Shown piece by piece: positions 31,167 through 41,800 of a DNA stretch of 64,000 nucleotides (positions are counted from its first letter, which is position 1; the number at the start of each line of letters is the position of its first letter). Source of the stretch: an uncultured Verrucomicrobia subdivision 3 bacterium (lineage in GTDB: Bacteria; Verrucomicrobiota; Verrucomicrobiia; Limisphaerales; UBA11358); the NCBI GenBank assembly GCA_903889895.1, contig CAISYZ010000089.1, forward strand, positions 5,274 to 69,273, read 5' to 3'. Below the pieces are notes generated by a model. It saw only the letters and a program-made list of their open reading frames with translations. It did not search any database and had not been told where the DNA came from. A program made the translations under genes and the position numbers.

Positions 31167-31268
31167 CGCGAATAAAGTAGGACAGGCACGTTGGAGTTCA
31201 AGCTTTAGCTATTGCCGCCACCAGTTCTGGTGATGTTGCTGGCTGCGAGATTATGCGAGCATGGTTAA

Positions 31269-32879
31269 ATGAAAACTGGGCAAAACCGGTTGGTAAATTT
31301 TTTGGTTGCCGCACTAATTGTCGCTTTTCGCGTGGAAGCGGGGGTAGCGGTGGACATCCAACAAACATCTGAGCCAGCGAGTTTTAATCTCATGAGTCCG
31401 CCGGCGGCACAAACGGCCGACAGCATCGCAGTTTTGTGGGACAAGCCAGCCGGCGTCAGCGTCGATGGCTACGACGTTTATTTGGGCAGCAATTTCGTGG
31501 CAACCACCAAATCTACTGACTACACCTTGGAGGGCCTGGCCGCTGCCCAAGGATATGAAATTTCGGTGCGCGCCCATGTGGCGGACGGGAAGTTTTTGCA
31601 AAGCAATCCGGTGCACATCGCGACCAGGCCGCAGCCTCAAGTTTTCGACGTCACAACCTACGGCGCGGCAGGGGACGGCAAAACGTTGAACACGCATGCG
31701 ATTCAAGCGGCGATTGATGCGTGCAGCCCGGGCGGCGTGGTGCGGATTCCGGCGGGCGTATTCCTGTGCGGCGCTATCTTCTTGAAAAGCGCGATGACGT
31801 TGCACCTTGACGAAGGGGCCGTGCTGCTGGGCAGCCTCGATCCCAAAGATTATCCCGTCATGAAATATCGTTTTGAAGGCCGGGAAACCAACTGCTATGC
31901 CAGCTTGGTCAACACGCCGTCGGCAAACGGCGCGCGGTGGCGGGACATCACCATCAACGGCTCCGGCACCATCAATGCCAACGGTTCGGCGCTGCGCAAG
32001 AAAGAGAAGGCGGCGGCCGCAGGCAAGCTGGGTCGGGCCGTCTGCCTCCGCGATACCGACGGCGTTTATCTGCAAGGCATCACGGTGCGGCAATCCCCGT
32101 TTTGGTGCGTGCATCTGATTTATTGCACCGGCGTCACCGTCAACGGCGTGGGCATTCACACGCGCTACGACGAAGCCGGCAAGCAATACCCGGGCATGGT
32201 GAACGGTGACGGCTTGGATCCGGATTCCTGCCGGGACGTTTATATTTTCAACTGCCTTATCGCCAGCCAGGACGATTGCATCGCCCTCAAATCCGGGCGC
32301 GATGCCGAGGGTCGCGCGGTGGGCATCCCGACGGAAAATGTGCGCATCAGCCATTGCCGGTTCACCCACGGCTTTGGCGTGGCGATGGGCAGCGAAATGG
32401 CCGGCGGCCTGCGTAATGTGCTGGTGGAAGATTGTGTTTTTCAAGACACGTTTAGCTTGGCGAGCGTGAAAGCCATCCGCGGGCGCGGCAACGTGATCGA
32501 GAACATCACCTATCGTAATTGCACTTATACAAATCAGAATCCGGAAGTTCACGATTCCCAATATGCCCGCGGCGCCCTCTATGTGGATCAGTTCTACGGC
32601 GATGCCAAATTCGACGCGCACCAAGCCAAACCCAAAGATGAGACCACGCCGCTCATACGCAATGTGCTGTTTCAAAACATCACGGTGGACACGGCGGTCG
32701 GCAACGCCATCTACCTCACCGGCCTGCCCGAAAGCCCGCTGGAAAACATTCGTTTGGAGAATGTCACCGCCATTGGCAGGCACGGCTTCATCGCGAACAA
32801 CGTCCGTGGCCTGATGCTGAACAAAGTCTCCGTCGAGGCTCGCGAGGGAAATGCCATGCGCTTTGACAATGTGAAATAG
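31269..32879 (+). CDS. Glycoside hydrolase family 28 (polygalacturonase-like) with an N-terminal Fn3-like domain
   Basis: 536 aa. 'FDVTTYGAAGDGKTLNTHAIQAAIDAC', 'NGDGLDPDSC', 'SQDDCIALKSG' and 'RISHCRFTHGFG' are present. Confidence 0.8.
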   Translation: MKTGQNRLVNFLVAALIVAFRVEAGVAVDIQQTSEPASFNLMSPPAAQTADSIAVLWDKPAGVSVDGYDVYLGSNFVATTKSTDYTLEGLAAAQGYEISVRAHVADGKFLQSNPVHIATRPQPQVFDVTTYGAAGDGKTLNTHAIQAAIDACSPGGVVRIPAGVFLCGAIFLKSAMTLHLDEGAVLLGSLDPKDYPVMKYRFEGRETNCYASLVNTPSANGARWRDITINGSGTINANGSALRKKEKAAAAGKLGRAVCLRDTDGVYLQGITVRQSPFWCVHLIYCTGVTVNGVGIHTRYDEAGKQYPGMVNGDGLDPDSCRDVYIFNCLIASQDDCIALKSGRDAEGRAVGIPTENVRISHCRFTHGFGVAMGSEMAGGLRNVLVEDCVFQDTFSLASVKAIRGRGNVIENITYRNCTYTNQNPEVHDSQYARGALYVDQFYGDAKFDAHQAKPKDETTPLIRNVLFQNITVDTAVGNAIYLTGLPESPLENIRLENVTAIGRHGFIANNVRGLMLNKVSVEAREGNAMRFDNVK

Positions 32880-32931
32880 CCGGTTGCGTTCTTGACAGGC
32901 GGAAGCGGCGTGTCAAATTTCATCAGGTCTT

Positions 32932-33399
32932 ATGGTTGCAGCCAGCGATCCCAATTTGATTGTCGGCGACCTCGCCGTGGGCGGCATGATTTTCTATGCC
33001 TTTTGGCGGCTGATTGTCTGGGTTCGTGAGGCGCCGGTCAGCCCGGATCCGTGGGATGCCGAGATTGAAAAGCAATTGTCCGAACCGGAAGCGGTTGAGA
33101 TTTGCCCGCACTGCCTGACGGAAACATCCTCGACCGCGTGGTTCTGCGAAAAATGCGGCAGCGCCGTCGGGCCTTACAACAATCTGATGCCTTACGTCCA
33201 CGTCTTTTCGGAAGGCGAAGTTTTTCGGAACGGCGTGGCCGGCCGTTTTCGCCACCGCCCGCTGATCCTGATCGGATTAATTCTGATTTCCCTTACCAGC
33301 TACTTTGTTTTTCTGCCGGTTTATTTGTTTGTGCTGCTGGCCAACTGGCGGCGGCACGGCGGCGGGACGGAATGTGGCGAGGAGCCGAAAATTCTCTAA
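32932..33399 (+). CDS. Zinc-ribbon membrane protein, unknown function
   Basis: 155 aa. It contains 'CPHCLTETSSTAWFCEKCGS' and is flanked by hydrophobic helices. Confidence 0.4.
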   Translation: MVAASDPNLIVGDLAVGGMIFYAFWRLIVWVREAPVSPDPWDAEIEKQLSEPEAVEICPHCLTETSSTAWFCEKCGSAVGPYNNLMPYVHVFSEGEVFRNGVAGRFRHRPLILIGLILISLTSYFVFLPVYLFVLLANWRRHGGGTECGEEPKIL

Positions 33400-33590
33400 G
33401 CCAACTTACTTCGCCGGATTCGTGTCTTTGCCGTTCATGCGGATTGGATCAAGGTCTTTGCGGACGATATCGCTGACGGAGCTTTGGAGATTCTTTAATT
33501 CCGGTTTCTACAAATACACCTGCCCTGACGAACTTGGTTGGTGAAAGCAATCGGCCATTCATCGTTTTGGTCGGAAGGTTCGCCGCCCAG

Positions 33591-34703
33591 TCAAAGGCCG
33601 CCGACCTCGGCCTCGCGGTGGATGATTTTCCCGCTCTGGCCAAACGATTTCACGGCGTCAATCAGCCGCGCGTCCACGGCGTCGCGGTGGAGCGAGCAGC
33701 CGGCGCCGGCGAGGACGCTGTTCAGCGCGGCGGCGGCGGGTTCGATGGTCAAGCTGTCGAGCGAGCCGTTGCTGGGCGCGGCCACGAAAGTCGGCGCGCT
33801 TTCGCCGGCACCAAAATCCGCTTCCACGAGTTCGCGACCGTTCAATTGGCCGTCCTTGTCCAGGTCCACGAAATTGCCCTTGAGAAAAACGTGGTCGGTT
33901 TTGGCGCATTCGCCGACGGCGTGCTTGCCGGAGTTCGGCCCGGCGATGAAATAGTTGCCGACGACATCCTGAAAATGGTCGCCCGCCGAATGCCCGCCGA
34001 CGAGGCCGCAGACGCCCCAGTTATAAACGACGTTGTTGACGTATTGGATGCGGCCTTTCGCCTTGGGGTTGCGGCTCTGGTTATTGATCCAGAGGTTGTG
34101 CGTGTAGGTGATGTTCGTCACGGAATCGGAGAGCGAGCCGAAGCGCTGCGGGTCCACGCCCTCGCCGATGATGCAGTTTTGGAACGTGATGTCATGGCTG
34201 CCGCCGGTGAGGCCGAGGCAATCCCACCGGCCCCATTCGATGCTGCAATGATCAAAAATCATGTCGCTGCCCTTGGACAGATTTACCGAGCATTTGCCTT
34301 TGTCGCCGGCGATGCCCTCGCGGAAACGAACATAGCGCACGATGACATTTTTCTGCCCGCTGAATGACGTGGAACGGCCGTAGAGCGTGATGCCGTTGCT
34401 GGGCGCGGTGTCGCCAAGCAGGGAAATGTCGCTGCTGACGGCGACGTTGGATTTCAGGCGGATGATGCCGCCGACATCGAAGACGACGATGCGATGGGAT
34501 TTGCTGACGGCATCACGGAACGAGCCAGGGCCAGAATCATTCAACGTGGTGACGTGAACCGTTTCGCCGCCGTAGCCGCCGCTGGCGTATTGGCCAAAGC
34601 CTTCCGCGCCATTGAAAGCACGACTGAGTTGCGCGCTGGCGGAACTTATAAATAAATTGCCGCTCAAAACGAGCGCGAGGCAGAGAATGGCTTTGGGTTT
34701 CAC
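33591..34703 (-). CDS. Secreted pectate lyase (PL1-like beta-helix)
   Basis: 370 aa with a signal peptide. 'AEGFGQYASGGYGGETVHVTTLNDSGPGSFRDAV', 'VVFDVGGIIRL' and 'NNVVYNWG' are present. Confidence 0.7.
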   Translation of the reverse strand: MKPKAILCLALVLSGNLFISSASAQLSRAFNGAEGFGQYASGGYGGETVHVTTLNDSGPGSFRDAVSKSHRIVVFDVGGIIRLKSNVAVSSDISLLGDTAPSNGITLYGRSTSFSGQKNVIVRYVRFREGIAGDKGKCSVNLSKGSDMIFDHCSIEWGRWDCLGLTGGSHDITFQNCIIGEGVDPQRFGSLSDSVTNITYTHNLWINNQSRNPKAKGRIQYVNNVVYNWGVCGLVGGHSAGDHFQDVVGNYFIAGPNSGKHAVGECAKTDHVFLKGNFVDLDKDGQLNGRELVEADFGAGESAPTFVAAPSNGSLDSLTIEPAAAALNSVLAGAGCSLHRDAVDARLIDAVKSFGQSGKIIHREAEVGGL

Positions 34704-34743
34704 AAAATGGTTGACGCCATCCTCACGGCAACCGTTACAACCA

Positions 34744-36534
<1,791 letters not shown>

Positions 36535-36572
36535 CGGGCGAAAACAAATTCGCGATAGTAAGCCGAAATTCC

Positions 36573-36692
36573 CCGCGCCTGTCGAGCAAGATGCGTGGGC
36601 GGAGCCGGAAAAAACTTACGCGGGACGGTGAAAGTGGGAATGCCGACGGAAGGCAGAATCAGGCTTGGCCGCCTATCAGTCTGTTAGGACAC
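36573..36692 (+). repeat. Island repeat R (copy 1), ending in GTTAGGACAC
   Basis: This is a direct repeat of 37328-37441. The first ~75 nt differ at only 2-3 positions by manual alignment, and the last ~45 nt have diverged. The right part is homologous to 6592-6659. Confidence 0.85.
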
Positions 36693-36696
36693 ATGG

Positions 36697-36987
36697 TCAT
36701 AAAACACCCCTCAAATGCCAAATCCAACAGGACAGAAAAAAGGAAACGAGAATCACTGGAAAATATCCGAACCGAATCAACTCAATATCCAGACGACTCG
36801 GAGACTGCGGATGCCGCCAAATCAACACGGCTGCGCCTCCCCAAAACGAAACCAAAGCGATGCCGCAAATCTCAGCAATGCCGCCACCATCCAAAATCAA
36901 CAAGGCCAAAAGCCCCAAAACAATCTGGAGCGCAATCGCCTCGAAAATCGGGCTGTCATACTTTGGTGAAATCGGTATCCGTTTCAT
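36697..36987 (-). CDS. Cassette ORF 1: small 3-TM membrane protein, unknown function
   Basis: 96 aa from the ATG at 36987 ('MKRIPISPKYDSPIFEAIALQIVLGLLALLIL...'). A TTG at 37041 would add 18 aa. The region is AT-richer than its flanks. The opposite-strand ORF is a K/R-rich shadow. Confidence 0.4.
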   Translation of the reverse strand: MKRIPISPKYDSPIFEAIALQIVLGLLALLILDGGGIAEICGIALVSFWGGAAVLIWRHPQSPSRLDIELIRFGYFPVILVSFFLSCWIWHLRGVL

Positions 36988-36998
36988 GGTGTGCGAAT

Positions 36999-37039
36999 GT
37001 GGTCTAACAATTATTAGACCCCAGCTTTTGTGGCCTATC
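36999..37039 (+). repeat. Boundary motif copies to the right of cassette 1: GTGGTCTAAC (inside the palindrome GGTCTAA-caatta-TTAGACC) and GTGGCCTATC
   Basis: These motifs are in inverted orientation relative to GTTAGGACAC at 36683-36692. Confidence 0.6.
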
Positions 37040-37159
37040 AAGTTTCACGGAAACGAGATTGCGCTGCCTGTAAATCCTTGTCCAGCCCGTTCTATGGGCG
37101 AATGCACCCGGCACCGGAACCGGCACCGGCGGCAAAACCGTCCGCCCGCCATTCGGCCT

Positions 37160-37334
37160 TCAAAACTCCGCATCCAGCTTCAGCACGCAATGCCCCAGGT
37201 CTAGCCGCGAGCCGTTCGCCTCCGGTTGGAGGTGCGCCGCCAGCTTGTAGAGCCGGCCATAACCCGTCGTTACCAGCCCCGCCTTCCGCAACACGGCCAT
37301 GTGCTTGGAAACCTTCGGCGCCGTGCTCCGCGCC
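37160..37334 (-). pseudogene. Truncated 3' copy (last ~57 codons plus stop) of the wHTH regulator gene at 38084-38401
   Basis: Only 2 of 175 nt differ from 38084-38258, and both differences are synonymous Leu codons. Homology stops abruptly at CCGCGCC (37328-37334), where repeat R' begins. Weaker homology continues downstream to about 37078 (matching about 38004). Confidence 0.8.
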
Positions 37335-37441
37335 TGTCGAGCAAGATGCGTGGGCGGAGCCGGAAAAAACTAACGGCGGGACGGTGAAAGTGGGAATGCC
37401 GACGGAATCAGGCATGGCAGTCTAGCTCGGTATTAGGCCAC
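37328..37441 (+). repeat. Island repeat R' (copy 2), ending in TTAGGCCAC
   Basis: See 36573-36692. It is fused through a shared 7-bp CCGCGCC to the truncated HTH copy. Confidence 0.85.
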
Positions 37442-37448
37442 GGATCTC

Positions 37449-37907
37449 TCATTGATTGTGTGAAACATCCAAAGTGCAACTCACTGTAAAGTTCGTGCCA
37501 TCAAATCCAAATCGGTATGGTGACAAAACATAATACCCAAGGGTGCAGTGCTGGGTCTGCTCAATAAACGTCCCCTTCTGGTCATACGACAATATCAAAC
37601 CACCGGGTGGGATTTGAAGGTAGCACAAATGAACCTGCGAATACTCCGGCAGATAATGTGTCTCTACTAAAGCCTGCACATTAGTCGGCCAGTGACCGAA
37701 TCTCTCGCGATAAAGTCTGGCTCGCTGATATAGAGCAGCCTGATGCGTCTGACAAATATCCAATGCTTCATTTGCTCGCCCATGGGCATATTCAGATCTC
37801 TCCGCTTCATTTGCTCGCTCAAAATATAGATAGCACGCACTACTACCTGCGACTATGCCAGCAGCAAAAGCGAGGCTTAATGCTAAAACTCTGGCCAGTA
37901 TTTTCAT
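37449..37907 (-). CDS. Cassette ORF 2: small exported or membrane-anchored protein, unknown function (weak pseudopilin-like flavour)
   Basis: 152 aa, with an N-terminal hydrophobic anchor 'MKILARVLALSLAFAAGIVAG'. 'FGHWPTNVQALVETHYLPE' resembles GspG/pilin-type segments. The region is clearly AT-richer. An alternative ATG at 37928 lies inside the boundary motif (ATGTTAGGCCAC). Confidence 0.5.
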   Translation of the reverse strand: MKILARVLALSLAFAAGIVAGSSACYLYFERANEAERSEYAHGRANEALDICQTHQAALYQRARLYRERFGHWPTNVQALVETHYLPEYSQVHLCYLQIPPGGLILSYDQKGTFIEQTQHCTLGYYVLSPYRFGFDGTNFTVSCTLDVSHNQ

Positions 37908-37916
37908 AAGCGTGAA

Positions 37917-37957
37917 GTGGCCTAACATCCAAGTCGGCCAAGTTGGTTTGATTGTTC
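37917..37957 (+). repeat. Inverted copy of the R right end (GTGGCCTAACATCCAAGTCGGCCAAGTTGG...) bounding cassette 2
   Basis: It shares GTGGCCTAACA and CGGCCAAG with the reverse complements of 36652-36692 and 6618-6659. Confidence 0.6.
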
Positions 37958-38083
37958 GTGCATATCTAGGTTGTGGAGAAAAACTATGCTGGGCACAAGT
38001 GGATGTCCAACCTGTTCTATTGGCGAATGAACTTTGGACCGCCACCGGAACCGGCGGCAACGCGTCCGCCCGACCTTCGGCCT

Positions 38084-38401
38084 TCAAAACTCCGCATCCA
38101 ACTTCAGCACGCAATGCCCCAGGTCCAGCCGCGAGCCGTTCGCCTCCGGTTGGAGGTGCGCCGCCAGCTTGTAGAGCCGGCCATAACCCGTCGTTACCAG
38201 CCCCGCCTTCCGCAACACGGCCATGTGCTTGGAAACCTTCGGCGCCGTGCTCCGCGCCAGTCCCGCCAACACCCAGACCGGCAGCGCCTCGCCTTTGGCC
38301 AGCTCCTTCAGAATCCGCCAGCGCACCGGGTCGTGCAACACGGTGGCCAAGTGCCTTAGTTTGGTGGCCGACGAAGTGGTGGTGGGTTCGGAGGTATTCA
38401 T
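38084..38401 (-). CDS. ArsR-like winged helix-turn-helix transcriptional regulator
   Basis: 105 aa from the ATG at 38401. 'LHDPVRWRILKELAKGEALPVWVLAGLARSTAPKVSKHMAVLRKAGLV' is the ArsR/SmtB-type HTH pattern. Confidence 0.65.
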   Translation of the reverse strand: MNTSEPTTTSSATKLRHLATVLHDPVRWRILKELAKGEALPVWVLAGLARSTAPKVSKHMAVLRKAGLVTTGYGRLYKLAAHLQPEANGSRLDLGHCVLKLDAEF

Positions 38402-38827
38402 ACCCCCAGCCAACACCCTTTCGCCCCCCGCCGTCAAGCCTTTTAAGCCAGCGGACGACTTGCAGAGACGAACGGACGAGCATCAGAAGAAAACCAACGC
38501 ACTTGAAAACCAAACATACGGATAACCAAAACGAACGGACGACTGCCAGAAGAATAAAAAGCGGTATGGAAAGCAGATAAATATATGAACAAAGCAAACA
38601 AACGATTATAAAGCTCTAACAGACGGCAACCAAAAGCAAATATATGACTTGTATCATCACGCAGATGCCGAAACTTCGTTCACAAAGGCGTTCCGGCTCG
38701 ATTCGAAGGCGCTCGGGAGGTGGGCGAACCGGGTTTTTACCGCGAAATACTCGAAATACGCGAAAGCGGTTTAATCGGGAGTCCCCCGTTCGCGTATTTC
38801 GCGTGGTTTGCGGTGAAAACCAGCTGC

Positions 38828-41800
38828 TTATTCTTCGGCGAACAGGTATTCCAAGTCCACTGCCGTGAGGCTGCGGGCAAAACCTTCTTCGCCGAGCACG
38901 TCGGCAATGGTCTTGGCCTTGGATTGCTGGAGTTCCCAGATTTTTTCCTCCACCGTGCCGGGCGCGATGAGCCGGTAGGCGTTCACCGTCTGCGTCTGGC
39001 CGATGCGGTGCGAGCGGTCAATGGCCTGCGCCTCCACCGCCGGGTTCCACCACGGGTCGTAAAGCACCACGTAGCTGGCGTTGGTGAGGTTCAGGCCGGT
39101 GCCGGCGGCGCGCAGGCTCAGCAGGAACACGCTCGCGCCGGTGTCTTTCTGGAAATCGTTGACGACGGACTGGCGGTCCTTGGTCTGGCCGGTGAGGGTG
39201 TGCGTGCGGATGTTGCGCGCCTGGCATTCCTTCTCCAGCAGTTGCAGCATCTGCACAAACTGCGAGAAGACGAGCACCTTCTGGCCGTCGGCGATGAGCG
39301 GGTCGAGCAGTTCGAACAGGGTGTCGGTCTTGCCGCTGGCGGTGTCGCTGCCCACGAGCGACGGATGGCAGCACACCTGCCGCAACCGCGTGAGCGCGGC
39401 GAGGACGTGCATCTTGGATTTGTTGAGGCCCTGCGTCTCGACGGCCTTCATCACCTGGTCGCGGCTGCGGCGCAACTCGGCGAGGTAAAGTTTCCGCTGA
39501 TCTTCGCCCAGCGGGCAATCGCGGCGTTCCTCGATGCGGTCGGGCAAATCTTTCGCGACGTGTTTTTTCAGGCGGCGCAGCAGCAGCGGGCGCAGCTTGG
39601 CGGACAGGCGCCGGCGCGCGATGCGTTGCTCGGCCTCGGCATTCTCGCCGCCCTTCGGCTCGTAGGTGTCGAGGAACTGTTCCTGGTTGCCGAGGTAGCC
39701 GGGCTGGATGAAATCCACGATGCTCCACAAATCCAACAGGCGGTTTTCCAACGGCGTGCCGGTGAGCGCGATCTTGTGTTCGCACTTCAACTGTTTGACG
39801 GATTGCGTGACTTGCGCGCCGGGGTTCTTGATGAACTGCGCCTCGTCCAGAATGACGGCGCGGAAGGCGAACTTGTGAAATTCCTCGAGGTCGCGGCGGA
39901 GCAGGGCGTAGTTGGTGACGATGAGGTCGTGCTGCGGAATCTGCTTCCGCAAATTATGGCGCGCCGCGCCGCTTTCGAGCACGAGCACCTTCATGTCCGG
40001 CGTGAACTTCTCCGCCTCGCGCCGCCAGTTGTGCAGCACGGACGCGGGACAGATGACGAGCGACGGCTTGGGATTCTTTTTGTTCTGCTCCTTGAGCCAC
40101 GCGAGCCAGGTCAAGGTTTGGAGCGTTTTGCCCAAGCCCATGTCGTCGGCCAGAATGCCGCCGAGCTTCACTCCCACGAGGTGCGCAAGGAAATCGAAGC
40201 CGTCCTTCTGATACGGCCGCAGTTCCGCCTGCAAACCCGCCGGCAGTTGCGCCGCCGGCACGCCCTTGAAATCCTTGACGCGTTCGCGCAAGGCCTGCGC
40301 CTCCGGCGAATCCACGAAGCGTTGCAAGCCGCCCTCGTCCAGATGCGCGACGTGTTCGAGCCCGACCTTCTGCGGCACGGCGATAAGACCGTCCACGCCC
40401 ATGTCGGCCATGGCCTCATGCGCGCCCTGCACGGCGGCGGTGTCGAGTTCCACCCAGCCGGCGTTCGGCAGCTTGACGAAACGGCTCGTCGCGGCGGCCA
40501 GACGGTCAAGGTCGGCCTTGGAAAGCTTCATGCCTTCCGCTTCCCATTCGGCGGAGACGGCGAGCCAGTCAATGCCGCTGCCCTTCACAACGAGGCGCGG
40601 CTTGAGCTGGCGTGGCTTGAGGAAGAGATGGTGGAACGCGGGGTTGCCGAGGAATTCGGCGTCGGCCGGCTTCGTGCCCCACGCGTCGGCGAGCAGGCCG
40701 AGGAAGTTTTCATTCGCATCGCCAATCCACAGCCCGGGTTCCTGCATGAACCAGTCGAGTTTGCGCAGCCAGTGCACCGCCGGTTCGAGGCGCGGGTCGT
40801 CGAGGATTTCCGGCTTGTCGCCGGGTTTGATGACGCGGCCGTGCGGCGTCCACTCGTGGCCGTTCCAGACCCAGGTGCTTTTGTCGCGCAGGCTTTTCGC
40901 CATGAGCCGCAACTGCACGGTGTCGTCCTGCAATTCAAACACGAACTGCGGCGTCGCCGGATGTGCGATGCAAAGCTGGTCCCAGTCCACGCCCTGATTG
41001 GCCTGCGACTTGCGCAGATGCAGCAGCAGGCGGTGGCTCAGCTTGCGCACCGGCACGGACGGTTTTTGCGCGAGATATTTCAGCACGCCGTTCGGCGGCG
41101 CGTTGCGGAGCAGATAAAAAGTGTTGCCGATGAGCGCAATCGGCGACTGGCGGTTGAAGAACTTCGCCTCGGCGATGGGATGGAACTTTCCGTCCGGCAG
41201 CGCGATGCGGTGCGTGAAGGCCAGTTCCTGCGTGCCGTTCTCGAGTTGCGGCGTGAGCGAAATGACTTCGCCGTGGAAATCAATCGGCATGCCGTTGCCG
41301 GCGAGTTCGAGACGGCCGGTGTTGCCCCAGCGCGCGAGCCATTGCAGCAGCTCGGCGTCGGTCAGCAGCAGCGAAGTCTCGTGGCCGGCGCGCTCGCGGT
41401 GCGTGTCGTAAATCCACTGGATGAATTCCCAGTCCCACGGCGTGAACAGCTCCTGCTCGTGCGCGGCGCGGACAACGAGGTCCACGAGGTCGTGCAGCGA
41501 GCGCGCCTTCTCGCCGGTGCGCGGGCGCAGCAGCAGAAATTGCAGCAGCATCCGGTGGCGCGACGGGTCGGCTTCGTCCGCCTGCGGCTTGCCGACGACG
41601 CGGAGCGTGGCGCGCGGTGTGTCGAGATGCAGCGGGGCGGAGGGCGCGAGCCAGTTTTCCAGTTCGCGGACGAGGCGGAGTTCCTGTTCGGCTTCCTCGG
41701 CGCGGGCGAACCGTTCCGGGCTGGCGTGCGGCTGCAATTCCGGCGGCACGGAGCGCTTGGCGCGCAGAAACAGAAACGCGAGTTCTTCCAGCCGCGCCTT

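Noticed and set aside
36573-37441. The island as a classical integron or CALIN array. The motifs fit GTTRRRY and RYYYAAC and sit at ORF boundaries.
   Set aside because: No partner R' site that could pair with R'' follows the RYYYAAC-like motifs within 60-140 nt. The sequence between the candidate sites is not self-complementary, so there are no L'/L'' boxes. No intI or attI is present in the window. The resemblance is kept as an open comparison in the findings, not as a call.
36573-37441. R/R' as a CRISPR array or a tRNA-derived att site.
   Set aside because: There are only two adjacent copies. They are ~115-120 bp long with ~640-bp 'spacers' that contain genes. No cas genes are present, and there is no tRNA-like T-arm or acceptor sequence (no GGTTCGAATCC-type motif).
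37078-38258. The duplicated HTH 3' region as a diversity-generating retroelement template/variable repeat pair.
   Set aside because: There is no reverse transcriptase in the window. The two copies differ at only two positions (G/A and T/C), both synonymous, with no adenine-specific mutagenesis pattern.
37449-38597. A 382-aa minus-strand ORF spanning cassette 2, the HTH gene (in another frame) and the T-rich leader.
   Set aside because: It is a read-through artefact. The N-terminal hydrophobic stretch derives from the T-rich leader, and the middle part is out of frame with the recognisable wHTH. Only the last 152 codons (cassette ORF 2) look like a gene.
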